Assembly (NCBI GenBank): GCA_010093995.1
Contig: ML992508.1
Location: 778,506-842,505 of the forward strand
Length of the DNA stretch: 64,000 nt
Source of the DNA: Elsinoe ampelina
Taxonomy: Eukaryota
Reading direction: 5' to 3'
Position numbers and translations under genes: made by a program. Below, one piece after another: positions 35,177 through 46,618 of the stretch. The notes beneath the pieces were generated by a model. That model saw nothing but the letters and a program-made list of their open reading frames with translations. It was not told the origin of the DNA and did not search any database. Each line of letters starts with the position of its first letter. Position 1 is the stretch's first letter.

Positions 35177-36448
35177 ATGGCAGCCATTGGACTACCCTCT
35201 TTGTCACCATATTATGCTGAGCACACCGACACCTTTACCCAACACTTTGACACTCCCCTCGTCAAGCAGCTACCTTCACCCCTCACACTCTTCTGGGACG
35301 ATGTCTACAACATCATCAAAAACTCGGACCTCGTCACCAAAGTCCTCTCTCCCTTCTTCACCACCGACAAGGATGACGAACTCTATCTGCTGCCCCCAAC
35401 CGGCGTCTCAATGTGGTGGTGGTCTTTCTTCTCACTCCTCCAATTGATCCCTCTGTTCATCGTCGTCATCTTCTCTGTCATGGCCATTTCTCTCCTCCAA
35501 GTCCTCACCAACCTTCACGACCTCCTCTTCTGGTCCCCCATCCAAGGGCCCACCCTCCAAATCCATCCCCCTTCCCCTCTTCCCACCCACAACCCCCGCC
35601 ACCGGTGGGTCTACATCAACGGCATCGCCACCGGCGCCCGCGGTCTGCATCAGAACCTCGAGGTCCTCTCCGCCCGCTTCAACGCCCCTGTCCTCGGCAT
35701 CCACAACCGCACCTACGGCTTCTTAGGGGACATCATAGAGTGCGTCCTCCAACGCTCCTTCGCCTTCAAAACACTGGAGACCCGTCTCGCCGTCCCAATC
35801 CTCAAGAAATACCTCCTCCAACCCCGCGACCAGGTCGAGAAAGTCATTCTCATCGCACACAGCCAAGGCGGTATCTGCGCCTCGATGCTCATCGACCAGC
35901 TGTTTTCGGAAGTCAGCTGGGATCTGATCCACGATCGATTGGAGGTCTACACTTTCGGCTCCGCGGCGAGTCATTTCCGGAATCCTTGGTATGATTTTGG
36001 CAAGAAGCAGCGTCTCCTCACGCATTTGGAGCACTATTGCCACGAGCAGGACATGGTGACTTCTTTCGGGGCGTTGTCTGCTTTGCGGGCGCCGGGGGAT
36101 CCGCACAAGGGGAAGGTGTTTGTGTGGAAGGGCAAGGGTGGGCATTTGTTGAATCAGCATTACCTCAAGGGGATGTTTGATCCCGAGGTGTCGTTTGCAA
36201 AGGACGGGTTCTTGGAGGGAAAGATTGTGCCGTACTTGGATGTGGAAGGGGAGGGGAAGAAGAATGGCGGGCGCTGGTATGTACTACCGGGCACCAGAGT
36301 GGGTGAGGGGGACAAGAAGGTGAGGGAGGTCAGTCATTTGTGGAAGTACATGGTGCCTTTCTCTGCCGAGGAGAATGGCGGGAAGAAGGTAGACGAAGGC
36401 GTAGCGGTGGATGGCGTCAACGGGTGGAAGAAAGCTGTGCAAAAGTGA
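35177..36448 (+). CDS. Membrane-anchored alpha/beta-hydrolase-fold protein
   Basis: N-terminal TM segment; WVYINGIATG; nucleophile elbow VILIAHSQGG; VYTFGSAA; EHY..D; GHLLNQHY. Confidence 0.8.
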   Translation: MAAIGLPSLSPYYAEHTDTFTQHFDTPLVKQLPSPLTLFWDDVYNIIKNSDLVTKVLSPFFTTDKDDELYLLPPTGVSMWWWSFFSLLQLIPLFIVVIFSVMAISLLQVLTNLHDLLFWSPIQGPTLQIHPPSPLPTHNPRHRWVYINGIATGARGLHQNLEVLSARFNAPVLGIHNRTYGFLGDIIECVLQRSFAFKTLETRLAVPILKKYLLQPRDQVEKVILIAHSQGGICASMLIDQLFSEVSWDLIHDRLEVYTFGSAASHFRNPWYDFGKKQRLLTHLEHYCHEQDMVTSFGALSALRAPGDPHKGKVFVWKGKGGHLLNQHYLKGMFDPEVSFAKDGFLEGKIVPYLDVEGEGKKNGGRWYVLPGTRVGEGDKKVREVSHLWKYMVPFSAEENGGKKVDEGVAVDGVNGWKKAVQK

Positions 36449-36499
36449 ACGCGATATTCCATGAATATGTACACCACACCATAACTGTCAGCCACCAGC

Positions 36500-37675
36500 T
36501 CAAGCAATCCTAAACCCCACCTCCTCCCCTCTCACCCACCTCTCCACATCCACCGCCTGTTCCGCGTACCACCCCTCCATCGTACTCTCATTCACATACC
36601 CCATATGCGGACTCAACACCACCTCCCCCCTGCCATCCTTTCCCCACTCCGTCGTCCGCCACCTACTATCCCCCTCCAACGGCTCCCTACTCCAAAACAC
36701 ATCCAACGCTGCGCCCCTGATCCTCCCCCGTTCCAGGACATCCAACAACGCCTCCTCATCCACCACCGGACCCCGCGCCGTATTCACCAACACGGCGCCG
36801 CGCTTCATCCCCTCCAGCTCCCTCCTCCCCACCAACCCCCTCGACCTTTCGGACAAAACATAATGCACACTCACCACGTCAGCGACCGCGAACAACTCGG
36901 CCTTCCCGACGGCCCTTATCGCGCCCGCCGCCCCGAGCCCGAGCCCGAGCCCGAGCCCGACCTCCCGCGCCGCCCCGTCCGCTCTCTCCTGCGTCAGCGA
37001 ACTGCTCCACGCCACGACCTTCATGCCCAGCGCCAGCGCGCACGCGCGCGCGAATTGCGCCCCGAGTTTGCCCAGCCCTACGACGCCGAGCGTTTTGCCT
37101 GCCAGGGGCATGGTGAGGCCGCTTTGCCATGCTGAGGGGGATGTCTTGAGTGCGTGGTCGTCGAAGGGGATGCGCGAGGTGAGGGCCAGCAGGAGGGAGA
37201 GGGTGTGTTGCGTTGTTGAGGAGTAGCCGGGGGGAAGGGGGGAGAGAGAGGTGGCTGTGTTGGGGGGTGTGGAGGGGCGGGAGACGGAGGGGGAGGTGTG
37301 GATTGGGTTGCCTTGGGCGTCGTAGTAGGTTGGTCGGGTGCCTTTTGTTCCGGCGATGGTGATGGAGTGGGATTTGCAGTGGGTGAGGTCGATGGAGGCG
37401 TTGCGGATGCCGGTGGTGAGGATGAGGCGGAGGTTGGGGAGTTGTGACAGTAGAGAGGAGGGGAGTGGGGTGCGTTCGCGCATGGTGGAGATTATGGTGT
37501 AGGGGCGGAGGCGTGTGACGAGATCGTTGAGCTCGGAGGGGTTGGAAGGGGAGAGGGTTTCTGGAAAGGAGGTGACGGTGAGATTGGGGATGTGGGAGAA
37601 GTGTTTCGAGGCGATGTTGGCCCAGTCGTCAAGGATGGCCAGAGACGCCTCTGGAGGTGGCGCGTCGGTGGTCAT
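36500..37675 (-). CDS. D-isomer-specific 2-hydroxyacid dehydrogenase
   Basis: MRERTP, GVVGLGKLG (Rossmann), VNTARG, ALDVF..EPL, SPHMGY catalytic residues. Confidence 0.92.
   Translation of the reverse strand: MTTDAPPPEASLAILDDWANIASKHFSHIPNLTVTSFPETLSPSNPSELNDLVTRLRPYTIISTMRERTPLPSSLLSQLPNLRLILTTGIRNASIDLTHCKSHSITIAGTKGTRPTYYDAQGNPIHTSPSVSRPSTPPNTATSLSPLPPGYSSTTQHTLSLLLALTSRIPFDDHALKTSPSAWQSGLTMPLAGKTLGVVGLGKLGAQFARACALALGMKVVAWSSSLTQERADGAAREVGLGLGLGLGAAGAIRAVGKAELFAVADVVSVHYVLSERSRGLVGRRELEGMKRGAVLVNTARGPVVDEEALLDVLERGRIRGAALDVFWSREPLEGDSRWRTTEWGKDGRGEVVLSPHMGYVNESTMEGWYAEQAVDVERWVRGEEVGFRIA
36932..36960 (+). repeat. (CCCGAG)n hexamer microsatellite encoding GLGLGLGL inside the dehydrogenase
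   Basis: About five tandem CCCGAG units visible directly. Confidence 0.8.
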
Positions 37676-38246
37676 TGTGGCAGTTCGCGGTGGAGGTGTA
37701 TGTGCAGAAGTCCTGGTACTGATGCAGTTAGCACTGACTTGGCTGCCCTACTTCAGACCTCAAGATATTGACGCAGAAGTAATGTCCTTGGTATCTGAAT
37801 CGCAGAGCATGCAGTATGTAGGAATTGCACAACAGAATGGCTTACAGATGATTGCGTGCTTGCTTCAAGCGGGGAAGATATCGGCTCATGACAGCGGTAG
37901 AGAGGAGATGAAGAACAGCAGTCAGGATCAAAAGATCATCGCTTACCTGACAATTCGGACCAAGAGACTGTTCAATCTCGAGCAGCTCACTTTATATCAA
38001 GCATGTCGAAGAGTGAGAATCGCCCGCCGCTAACGATAGCGATGTCGTCGTTTCGGTGTCGTGTCCGATATCGGCGACAGCATACGGGCTCAGTCACATA
38101 AAGGCCGATCGCTCTCGCAGGATTGGGTCATTGTAAGATGCTGAATAGTGATTGATGTAGGTTTATAGAATGCGTCGCGGATGCAGGAGAAGGTGAAATG
38201 GTATATACAAAACGAGCCATGCTGGCCGCAGTCATCATCAATGGCA

Positions 38247-39283
38247 CTAGATTCCCGTGAGACCGACCTTCCAGTCACCCTTGAACTGATGGCCGACCAG
38301 TTGCTCTTCATTACCCCAGTCGGCGGCTCCTGAATGTGGTACTCCGGACGCGAAGCCATTTATGGGAAGGACAAGCACATCGCCGAACAGCTTCGGACCT
38401 GGAAGCATACTGAACTCCTTGTAAGGCACCTCCCTGCCCATCTGTGCCGAGATGGCCTCACGGACAGCTGCAGTGAAGATCTATCGTCATGTTAGTCGAT
38501 GGCCTGCATCTGCCCTGGGTAACGACGTACCATTGGACCTGTCATTGCGAAAACATCGGCCTGCGTCTTGAGATGAATACCGCCGGCTTCGGACAAAGCA
38601 GACGCAACACTCTGGAAGACCCTGTCCCGAGCATGTTGCATCACCGGGTGGTTGGGCCTGCTCGCCATTGTCCACTGGCTGAATTGCACTCGGTAGCTGG
38701 TACCAGGCAACCGACCTTGGTCGTTTCGTTGATCGTATTCGAGGCCGAGAATCATGCCTACACTGCTAATGTCGTGCTCTCCGGACCATAGATCAATCGA
38801 CTTGATGCATTCGGTGTCCATATCGGAGTAAATGCCGCCATCTGCTGACAAAACCAAATAGCGGATCATGTCGGCGCGGAGGACTGGTTCGGTAACGGCT
38901 TCGAAGGTGCTGATGATGTCCGGGCGGTCCTTGTAACGAGCATGAATGTATTCGAGACTGCTGTTGCTCTCCAACCGAGTGTAAGTATAGAACGGGTTGC
39001 GACCACTCCATGTGCGTGACAAACGTTCCAAATTGTCGTCGGGCTTTGCAGGTGGATTATCGCCCGGTCTTGTCTGCCAGGTTTGCCATATTAATCGTGG
39101 AATCAAAGGCTTCCGAGTGATGGAGTATCCAGAGATCCTTGTCAGAGCATGCGAGAGAGGTTCCCGAGCCGAGTCTGTTCCAAGGTTGTGAAAGGTGACG
39201 AGCAGAATTGCAAAGACGGCAAAGAAGGACACAGCAAGGTAGAACCTGGGCATTCTCGATGTGCTACCTCCGATGGCGACCAT
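38247..39283 (-). CDS. Glycosyltransferase family 32, Och1-like alpha-1,6-mannosyltransferase; intron 38481-38530
   Basis: Type II TM anchor; IPRLIWQTW; RADMIRYLVLSADGGIYSDMD (DXD); QFSQWTMASRPNHP; TGP|IFT; VLVLPINGF...HQFKGDWK. Confidence 0.9.
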
Positions 39284-40141
39284 GATGAAGTCTTGCTGAT
39301 GATGAGAGTACTCACAAGTTGTAGAGAGGCAAGTCTGACATGATGCGAAAAGATACTTATTGTGAAGCCGTTGCTGGCCAAAGGGGTCGCAACTTCTCGA
39401 CGGCGCCATCGTTGGAAAACAAAATGGGCTCAGACATGAGATGCACAGGAAAGCACATGAACCAGCTGCAGGTCGCTCCTTCCGGTGAAGTGAAGTGGGG
39501 GCTCCTGTTCCTGCCAAGGAAGTCTGTACAGGGGGCGGCTCCCAACGGTCGTCACTGGCTGGAACCCGCTATTTCTCGATAGTTTCCATTATAGTTTTGA
39601 TTTTTGAGACTCGCGTATATCAGAGGCCACCGATCAATCGTCGTGGTAGGTGATAGAAGATCGCTTGTGGTTTGCTCAGATTGAAATAGTGCGAGTTCAT
39701 GGAAGTCCCTTCAGATGCTCATCAAAACAGATCGGCAACCCTGCATGAGGATGCGGGGCTCTTCATCTCTTCCAGCGGACCGTTGACTGCAGGAGTGCAT
39801 GTTTTCCTGTCGCACGCCACGGATCTATCGGGTGATTCACCAAAGGACGCCCACGACGAGCTCTGTGACATACTACCAGAGCTAAGATGCATAGCTCTGA
39901 CATCCAGCTGGTGTACAATACAGCTGATAGTTTTTCTGACATCTTACCAGGTTTCGACGGACTTCGAGAGTGCTGCCGCCTCGAGATCCTGGTAGTTTGG
40001 ATGCTTGAAAACAATGCCAGTCCATATGGTCATCATGGCAATTCTGTGATGATCACCAGCTGATAGAAAGTCCACGATTGAATCTGGAATTTGCCTTTCG
40101 ATCATGGGCCAGGATCTGCGCCGATTTGACTGCTCAGCTCA

Positions 40142-41665
40142 TCAAGTTCTTGCAACAGCATACCAGACCAGTCCCATTGTAGCACCAGTGATAATAGCCA
40201 ACGGCGGAGTAAGCTTAAAATGCATGCCACCAATATAGCTGGTCGCAACAATAACCACCCACCACGGATCGCGGCTCAAACTACCACCACTTTGAACCTC
40301 GCTATCCAGGTACCCGATTTGGAAGAGTCGATAAATCGCAGTGAAGATGAGCCCGACGGCCGTCGCGTGTACTCCCCTTAGGCAAGCTCTCACAGCATGC
40401 AATTTACGGACGGTGGACCAGATGCCCATGAAACCAGTGTGCAACCAAAGACCGGGTGTGAACATAGCTACATAGCCAATGACTGCTCCAATAGCGGCAG
40501 GAACATTCGAACCTTTCACGGCAAGCGCACCAAGATAGACAGCAAAGTTGAAGTTGGGACCGGGAAACGCTTGTGTGATGGCCAGGCCCAGTAAAAAGTC
40601 GCGAGGAGATACCCAGCTTGGAGAGACAATGTACTCGCGCAGCAAGGGAATGACAACGGGTCCACCGCCAAATATGATGGTACCAGCGAGATAGAGGTTG
40701 GCGAAGAGATCGAAGCCACGCTCCTCGCCTCCGTAAAGACCACGACAGACCATGATGACAGTGAATGATGCTATGAAAGCGGCAATTATCGATGCTCCGA
40801 TCTTCCAGGATTGCACAAGTCCTGATGGACGGCGATCTTGTCGTTCAGCTGCTGTCGCTTCCTCGGCTTCTGGCGCAGGACCGTCTATACTTCGCATCGA
40901 GCTGTTAGTGTGTGTGTTGTGGACGCTGCCAGTACTTGGTCCTTGTGACGGAAACTGCATGGGGACACTCTGGTCTAACCGAGGTGATTCGGGATCTCTA
41001 TCTTCTCCACGGCCGTGTAGTCTTTCCCTGAGCTTCGAGAAGAGTTTCAAATCTACCACTATTGTGACAGTCCCTCCGGCTACCATGAGGACAGGGAAAT
41101 ACCAAAGAGCATTGTACAGCATGCCCGCGGAGCCGCCGACGAATACTAGTATCAAGCTAAGCTTGTCTGTCACAGCCTTCCGACTGAGCTGTACTGCAGA
41201 GAGAGCAATGACACCTACCGTAGCAGAGTTCAAGCCGCTCAACAGCGCATAAGCGGGTCCTGGAAGTTGATCTCCAATGTTACCAACTCCGAGCGCAAGG
41301 CCGAAGGCGGCGATAGCCATTGGAAAGCTCCACACGAAGAAGGACAAAAAGCCAGTCCAAAAGCCATATCGCAGGATATTGATGGCATATATCATCTTCG
41401 TACTGCCAGGTCCGCTGAGTGCTTGACATAGAGCGAACATCTCCTGAAAGGTGGTTACATCTATCCACTGATACTTGTCCACGAATAGTTCTCGGAAGAT
41501 CTGAAAGTGCACAGTAGGTCCGCCAAACGAGGTGAAGCCCAAGTACCAATTGTGAGCAAGCATGTCGACGACTGGGGTCTTGGAGGTCGGCTCTCCTGCT
41601 GGGAAGAGAGCATTGTGACGGCTTTTCAGGGCCGAGATCAAGGCCGTCCAGCCTGTCGAAGACAT
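40142..41665 (-). CDS. Chromate ion transporter (CHR family, bi-domain); alternative upstream ATG at 41866
   Basis: Two homologous halves: GFTSFGGPTVH...ALCQALSGPGSTK and GTIIFGGGPVVIPLL...AITQAFPGPNFNF; multiple TM helices. Confidence 0.93.
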   Translation of the reverse strand: MSSTGWTALISALKSRHNALFPAGEPTSKTPVVDMLAHNWYLGFTSFGGPTVHFQIFRELFVDKYQWIDVTTFQEMFALCQALSGPGSTKMIYAINILRYGFWTGFLSFFVWSFPMAIAAFGLALGVGNIGDQLPGPAYALLSGLNSATVGVIALSAVQLSRKAVTDKLSLILVFVGGSAGMLYNALWYFPVLMVAGGTVTIVVDLKLFSKLRERLHGRGEDRDPESPRLDQSVPMQFPSQGPSTGSVHNTHTNSSMRSIDGPAPEAEEATAAERQDRRPSGLVQSWKIGASIIAAFIASFTVIMVCRGLYGGEERGFDLFANLYLAGTIIFGGGPVVIPLLREYIVSPSWVSPRDFLLGLAITQAFPGPNFNFAVYLGALAVKGSNVPAAIGAVIGYVAMFTPGLWLHTGFMGIWSTVRKLHAVRACLRGVHATAVGLIFTAIYRLFQIGYLDSEVQSGGSLSRDPWWVVIVATSYIGGMHFKLTPPLAIITGATMGLVWYAVART

Positions 41666-42564
41666 TGCTGTGATATGGATGCGCAAACGGTGGTTGTGTT
41701 GATCTGGCAGAGCCTCTTGAAGAGCCGTGGAAGGCGAGCCCTCGGCAGCTGGAAAAGTCCGTGCACAGAGCGGAAAAACACGATCAATGCCAAGCATTTC
41801 TTGGAGAGAGTTTGGTCCGCCTATCCCTCCCTTCTCTCGCACCTGCAACACATTTTGCCGTGACATCGCGCTGGCTCTGATCTACGGGAGTAACGACAGC
41901 CCGTATCCATAGCAGAGATAACGAAGGTCTTGGTCCAGTGTCACTGGACTACCATCCCGACCATCGCAAGGCAATAGCATGAAACCTCCCGTCCGCCCAT
42001 GATGAGGTTGTAATTTCTCCGCACACCGGGGCCTGACCGATGCCAGTGACGAGATGACCTGGCCGTGTCTGCAGCCAATCGACCCATCGGTGCCTTCGCG
42101 GAGCACACACAAATCGCTTTCAGGCCACCTGCCTCTCCACTGGTAGAGTAGCGCGATTACACATTTCCACAAGCTCCATGATTATCGCACGTTCCTTTCA
42201 CCGGCCATGCTAACTTGATACGAGCAGGATGATGAGCAATGACCAATGAAACAAGCTTGTGCAAGCCATCACAAAGTACCGGACCGTTCGCTTAGCACAT
42301 CATCCGCAGGGAGATATGCTGAATCATCGCGTCAAGATGCAGATCTACTACCTGCGGCTCCTTTGTCGCAGGAATGGTTCCAAGGCTAAACAGGTCAGCC
42401 TCAACGAGAGGCCTAACAGAAATGTTCCCGCCCGCTCTGCACGCCGCTGCCCCGATTGCACTGCCCAGAGCGGTGGCTTCTTGCCTGAATCCTTCCTGTG
42501 TGTGTATCTGGTAGGTCGATCTGCTTGTTCACTCCTTCCTCATCCACTGCGTCGTGATGTGAGT

Positions 42565-43620
42565 ATGCTTCGACGTGGTCTTTGGTGGCAGCTATTGCTC
42601 GCATTTCTATCTCTTGCTTTCCTCAGACATGCTTATCTCCAATGGAGCTTCGAGACCTACCTCAAATCAGTCGAGATCACCTTTGACACCTTCCCTTCCG
42701 ACTACTCTGCCGCCCTCCGACTCGCAGGCACCAAACGCTTCGACGCCGACTACAACTTCAACACCTTCCCCAACACCACCCAGATTCCCCGCCTGATCCA
42801 CTTCATCTGGTTCAAAGACCTCTACAACGACACCTCCCGCCCCTCCCAAATCCCCACCAAAGGCTCCCACGGCCCCGGCAAATGCATCGAATTCAACCCC
42901 TCCTTCGAGACCAAAATCTGGAACTCGACCGAAGCCCGCTCCCTCATCGCAACCTCCTACCCCTGGTTCCTCCCCACCTACGACGCCTACCGCCACCCCA
43001 TCCAACGCGTCGACGCCTTCAAGTACTTCCTCCTCTACCACCACGGCGGCGTCTACGTCGACATGGACGTCGCCTGCCGCCGGGACCTGCGCCCGCTCCT
43101 CACCATGCCGGCATGGTTCCCCAAAGCGCAGCCCTTTGGCGTCAACAACGACATCATGGCGACACGGCCCGGCCATCCTCTGTTCCGTAAAATGATCGAG
43201 AGTCTACAGGCGCGAGACGTGAATCTCGTTTCGCCGTACCTCACCATCTTCTGGTCCACAGGGCCACAGTTCACGAGTGATCTGGTCAAGAGCTGGTGGA
43301 GCGACCAGAGGCATAGGTATCCTCGGTATACCTTCGACCGCGACGCAAAGGTCATGGAAACCCCGTATCCCGAAGAGGATGGCATCATGATTTTGCCAGA
43401 AATGTTCTACTCGGAGAAGTATACTTTCTTCGGGCACAGTCCGGGCGGGACGTGGTATGGGAATGATGTTATGGTTGTGCTGTGGGTCATTGATCGGCTT
43501 TGGATTATAGCCGTGGTGGCGGTGACGGGGACGCTGGGGTTTGTGGCTTGGGCGCAGAGGAGGAGGTTGAGGAGTTTTAGGAAGGGTGGGCATGGGTATA
43601 AGTATATGCCGATGGCATGA
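42565..43620 (+). CDS. Glycosyltransferase family 32, Sur1/Csh1 (MIPC synthase)-like
   Basis: IPRLIHFIW; YPWFLPTYDAYRHPIQRVDAFKYFLLYHHGGVYVDMD (DXD); HPLFRKMI; STGPQF; N- and C-terminal TM segments. Confidence 0.9.
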   Translation: MLRRGLWWQLLLAFLSLAFLRHAYLQWSFETYLKSVEITFDTFPSDYSAALRLAGTKRFDADYNFNTFPNTTQIPRLIHFIWFKDLYNDTSRPSQIPTKGSHGPGKCIEFNPSFETKIWNSTEARSLIATSYPWFLPTYDAYRHPIQRVDAFKYFLLYHHGGVYVDMDVACRRDLRPLLTMPAWFPKAQPFGVNNDIMATRPGHPLFRKMIESLQARDVNLVSPYLTIFWSTGPQFTSDLVKSWWSDQRHRYPRYTFDRDAKVMETPYPEEDGIMILPEMFYSEKYTFFGHSPGGTWYGNDVMVVLWVIDRLWIIAVVAVTGTLGFVAWAQRRRLRSFRKGGHGYKYMPMA

Positions 43621-44134
43621 GCCGCTGGAGAAGCATCTTTGCATCGCATTACGCCGCACATCGATGGATAATACCGTGGGACTGGGTGATGTGGCTCTCG
43701 GACGAACGCGCCATCAAGTCGACACTGACCAACTCTGAGCTACGTTTTCGAGACCTCGCGAAATCACGATTGTGGTGCGACGCCAAGCGACGACACTCGA
43801 TCCGAACTGCAGCGGGCGAAGCCACTCCCTGGATTAACAGATCGTGCATGGATTTGAGATTAGCCTCATCTGTCTGTCGGCTCTTGGAAATCATGATACC
43901 AACGGAAAGCACATCGGCGGGGGGGCCGCAATACTGGATACGGACAAGGATTTGCAATTGGTTATGCTCGAGATGCATATAGCGACGGCGCAGGATTGAG
44001 TTGAGCGGATACTTGACCATTCTGATGGAGATATTAATCAGTACCCTCTCGGAGTGATCAATGTAATTACTCCTCCCCATTCAAGGCACTGACTTCATGT
44101 CACAACATCCGCCCCAATTGTTTTCTCACCACAT

Positions 44135-44722
44135 TCACTCCTCCCTCCCCTCCTCCATCGTCCCAACCTCATATTCCTTTCCCTGCTCCATCCTCCACCT
44201 CTTCGGCCCCACCAAATCGTACCCCTGCGTTGCATTCTCCACCCAGATATGCCCACTCATACTCGTGTCCAACAACACATCCCCCCATCCGCCCTCCCTT
44301 ACCGCCCTCTTCCCAAACCTCCCTTCAGTTTCCCCCACTTTCTTCCCCGCCAACACATCCTCGTCCACAGTCCCGAGGAAGATCTCGAACCACTCCATTT
44401 CCCCCACTGCCTTGCCGTGGAAAGACAAGCTACTGCCGCAAGTGGAGCAGAATCCGCGGTGGCCTGTCACGCCTGGGACGACGGTGGTGGTGTAGGTTTT
44501 GTACTCCGCGGAGTGGTGGAAGAGGGGGAGGTTCGACCAGGAAATGTGGCAGCTAAGTAGGCGTGGGATCACTGCGCCGGTGAACTTGCGACAGAGGGTG
44601 CAGAGGCAGACGCCGTTGTCGGAGAGAGGGAGGGTGGTGGTTGGGGGAAGTGTGATGGAGTAGCGGAGGGCGAGACAGTTGCAGCCGCCTGTGATTGTGA
44701 TGGGATGCGACGGTTGGGTCAT
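44135..44722 (-). CDS. GFA/Mss4-like (CENP-V) zinc-binding protein
   Basis: GGCNCLALRY...CLCTLCRKFTG...RGFCSTCGSSL...HIWVENA. Confidence 0.88.
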   Translation of the reverse strand: MTQPSHPITITGGCNCLALRYSITLPPTTTLPLSDNGVCLCTLCRKFTGAVIPRLLSCHISWSNLPLFHHSAEYKTYTTTVVPGVTGHRGFCSTCGSSLSFHGKAVGEMEWFEIFLGTVDEDVLAGKKVGETEGRFGKRAVREGGWGDVLLDTSMSGHIWVENATQGYDLVGPKRWRMEQGKEYEVGTMEEGREE

Positions 44723-44925
44723 GGTCGGGATGTTCGGAGCGTAGGGACAGGTGCTGTGATATGTGAAGCCGAGAGAGACGGGGCGTTGTGCTTATATGTT
44801 GTTGTTCGCGTAGCTACCCCGCAGTAAGCCTTCGTATGGTGCAGGAGGTGGCCTGATTCTGCAGAGCATCATGGCACGCGTGACCTGGGTCGTGTTTCCG
44901 GGTCGTGTATCCTGGTCGGGTCTGC

Positions 44926-45684
44926 TCAATATCGTGATCCACCTCGCCTGCCTTGATCAGTCCTAGGTCCTTCGGGCAGTCTCTCGCCCCTTCTCCATTC
45001 TCCAGCCGGAATGTTACTTGCTGGACCATAAGCTCTATCCCCGAAGTTGCCTCTACCTCTGCCAAATCCGCCCCCTCGTGAGTGTCCGTTCATGCCGATG
45101 TCGTACGCTCTTCTTGGACCACCACGATCCCCAGCTGGGAGACTGCCGATGCTGCCATCTTGTCGTGGCGTGATGATGGCACAGCTCACGTAGTCGCCGA
45201 TTACAAATCGTGCGTCCGCCAGAGTCTTGTTCGCATCTCCCGTCAAGCGGCCGAGACCAAGTGCTTCGTTGTCGCCACCATCATCTGGAAGTCCGTCCGC
45301 GTCGATATTCCCATCATGAGCTGAACGCACATCTTCCCCAATTACCACGCTGCCTAGCTCTTTGCTCATCCATCTGCCTCTGCCTTCGTACTCGGCTCCT
45401 GGCGCTCTAGTATCAGGAAAGATGAGACGAAAGCCAATGCGAGTGCCCACAGCAGGGGAGGGTAATAGGTCAGGTATCGCTGAGGTTACATGCGAAGTCA
45501 GCTCTGACAGGGTGCAGTCCGGCCATGTGTAGATGGTGATGGATGATGCAGCAAGAGCTGAGGTTGGTGGGACTGTGTTGAACTCATTCGGTGAGTGGAA
45601 AGTCGATTGACGGTAGAACAGTCGTAGAAGAAAAGGTGGTGTCGTTGTCCGTGACATGCGACCTGGTTGTGGTTGTAGCGCCAT
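44926..45684 (-). CDS. SAP18: Sin3-associated polypeptide SAP18
   Basis: SRTTTPPFLLRLFYR..FH; IYTWPDCTLSEL; GTRIGFRLIFPD; KTLADARFVIGDYVSCAI; RGG-rich tail. Confidence 0.9.
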   Translation of the reverse strand: MALQPQPGRMSRTTTPPFLLRLFYRQSTFHSPNEFNTVPPTSALAASSITIYTWPDCTLSELTSHVTSAIPDLLPSPAVGTRIGFRLIFPDTRAPGAEYEGRGRWMSKELGSVVIGEDVRSAHDGNIDADGLPDDGGDNEALGLGRLTGDANKTLADARFVIGDYVSCAIITPRQDGSIGSLPAGDRGGPRRAYDIGMNGHSRGGGFGRGRGNFGDRAYGPASNIPAGEWRRGERLPEGPRTDQGRRGGSRY

Positions 45685-46618
45685 GCTGGAGAATGAGTAT
45701 TAAGCTCGAGTGCAAGCTATGGATTCACCTTTAAGCATTTACCGCTGCGTTGTCCTTTCGAGACTGCTTGCAGCACTTTGTGATCAGGTAACGTCAGTTT
45801 GAGAACTTACCTGCGCTCGGAATGGCTTGTTGATGACAATTGTGCAGAGATGGTAAATTTCCAGCGCAGAAGATGTTTTATTCACGATGAGTTGAGCTTC
45901 CTCACAGAAGCTTTGACCAGCTTCGAACTCAAAGCCAGGGCCAATTTGACTATGGAGCAATTCAATAATGAAGCGTGTCAGGACCAGCCGCTAGACTACC
46001 AGAAGCGTCCTGCAATATACCAATTCTCCAGAGTCGACATCGATTACCCCACTTTCTGCATACACTTTGCGCTCTTCGTGTCGTCCGCGCGTCCTGTTCT
46101 CTATCGATCAAGTCCGAAGAAAGGAGATGGGGAGACAGATCAACGGTCGAGCATCAGAAAAAGGTACCCGCAGCCAATCTTGGTGACGGTTTCCAGTTGC
46201 CAGATTTTGTTGATTGCTGCCGTCACCTTCCCGGCAAGTCGAGAGCTGTCAGGGTCCTTTTTGGCCAATTTTTCGTGGGTTCAGTGGTTTCTTTGTCCGC
46301 GACGATTGGCGAACAAGACCCGCACTTTCCCAATCAAGGGCCGCCCCAAGTCCGTAACTTTGATCGCCTCTGGACCTCACATCTTGTCCTCGTGTTCGCT
46401 CCACTCGTTCTTTGCAAAGCCAACTCGGTTCAATGTGTCTTTGGACACTTTTATAGTCTTGTCGCTCCCTCGCGCGCTCCTCTTGGATCTCTTCTGCAAA
46501 TTGGACTTCGTGGCATCTTCAGCAATCCTGTCGGACTTCTCCGCATTGTACGGACGGCGCATCCCTTTGAGCTCCTCGGTTCGGTATTGAGAGTGAAGAC
46601 ACAGTCACTCCACCAGCC

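Noticed and set aside
42259..42564. N-terminal extensions in the ORF track for the Sur1-like GT32 (likewise for the Och1-like, glycine-rich and APC10 genes)
   Set aside because: They begin at GTG/TTG codons; downstream ATGs give proper signal or anchor N-termini.
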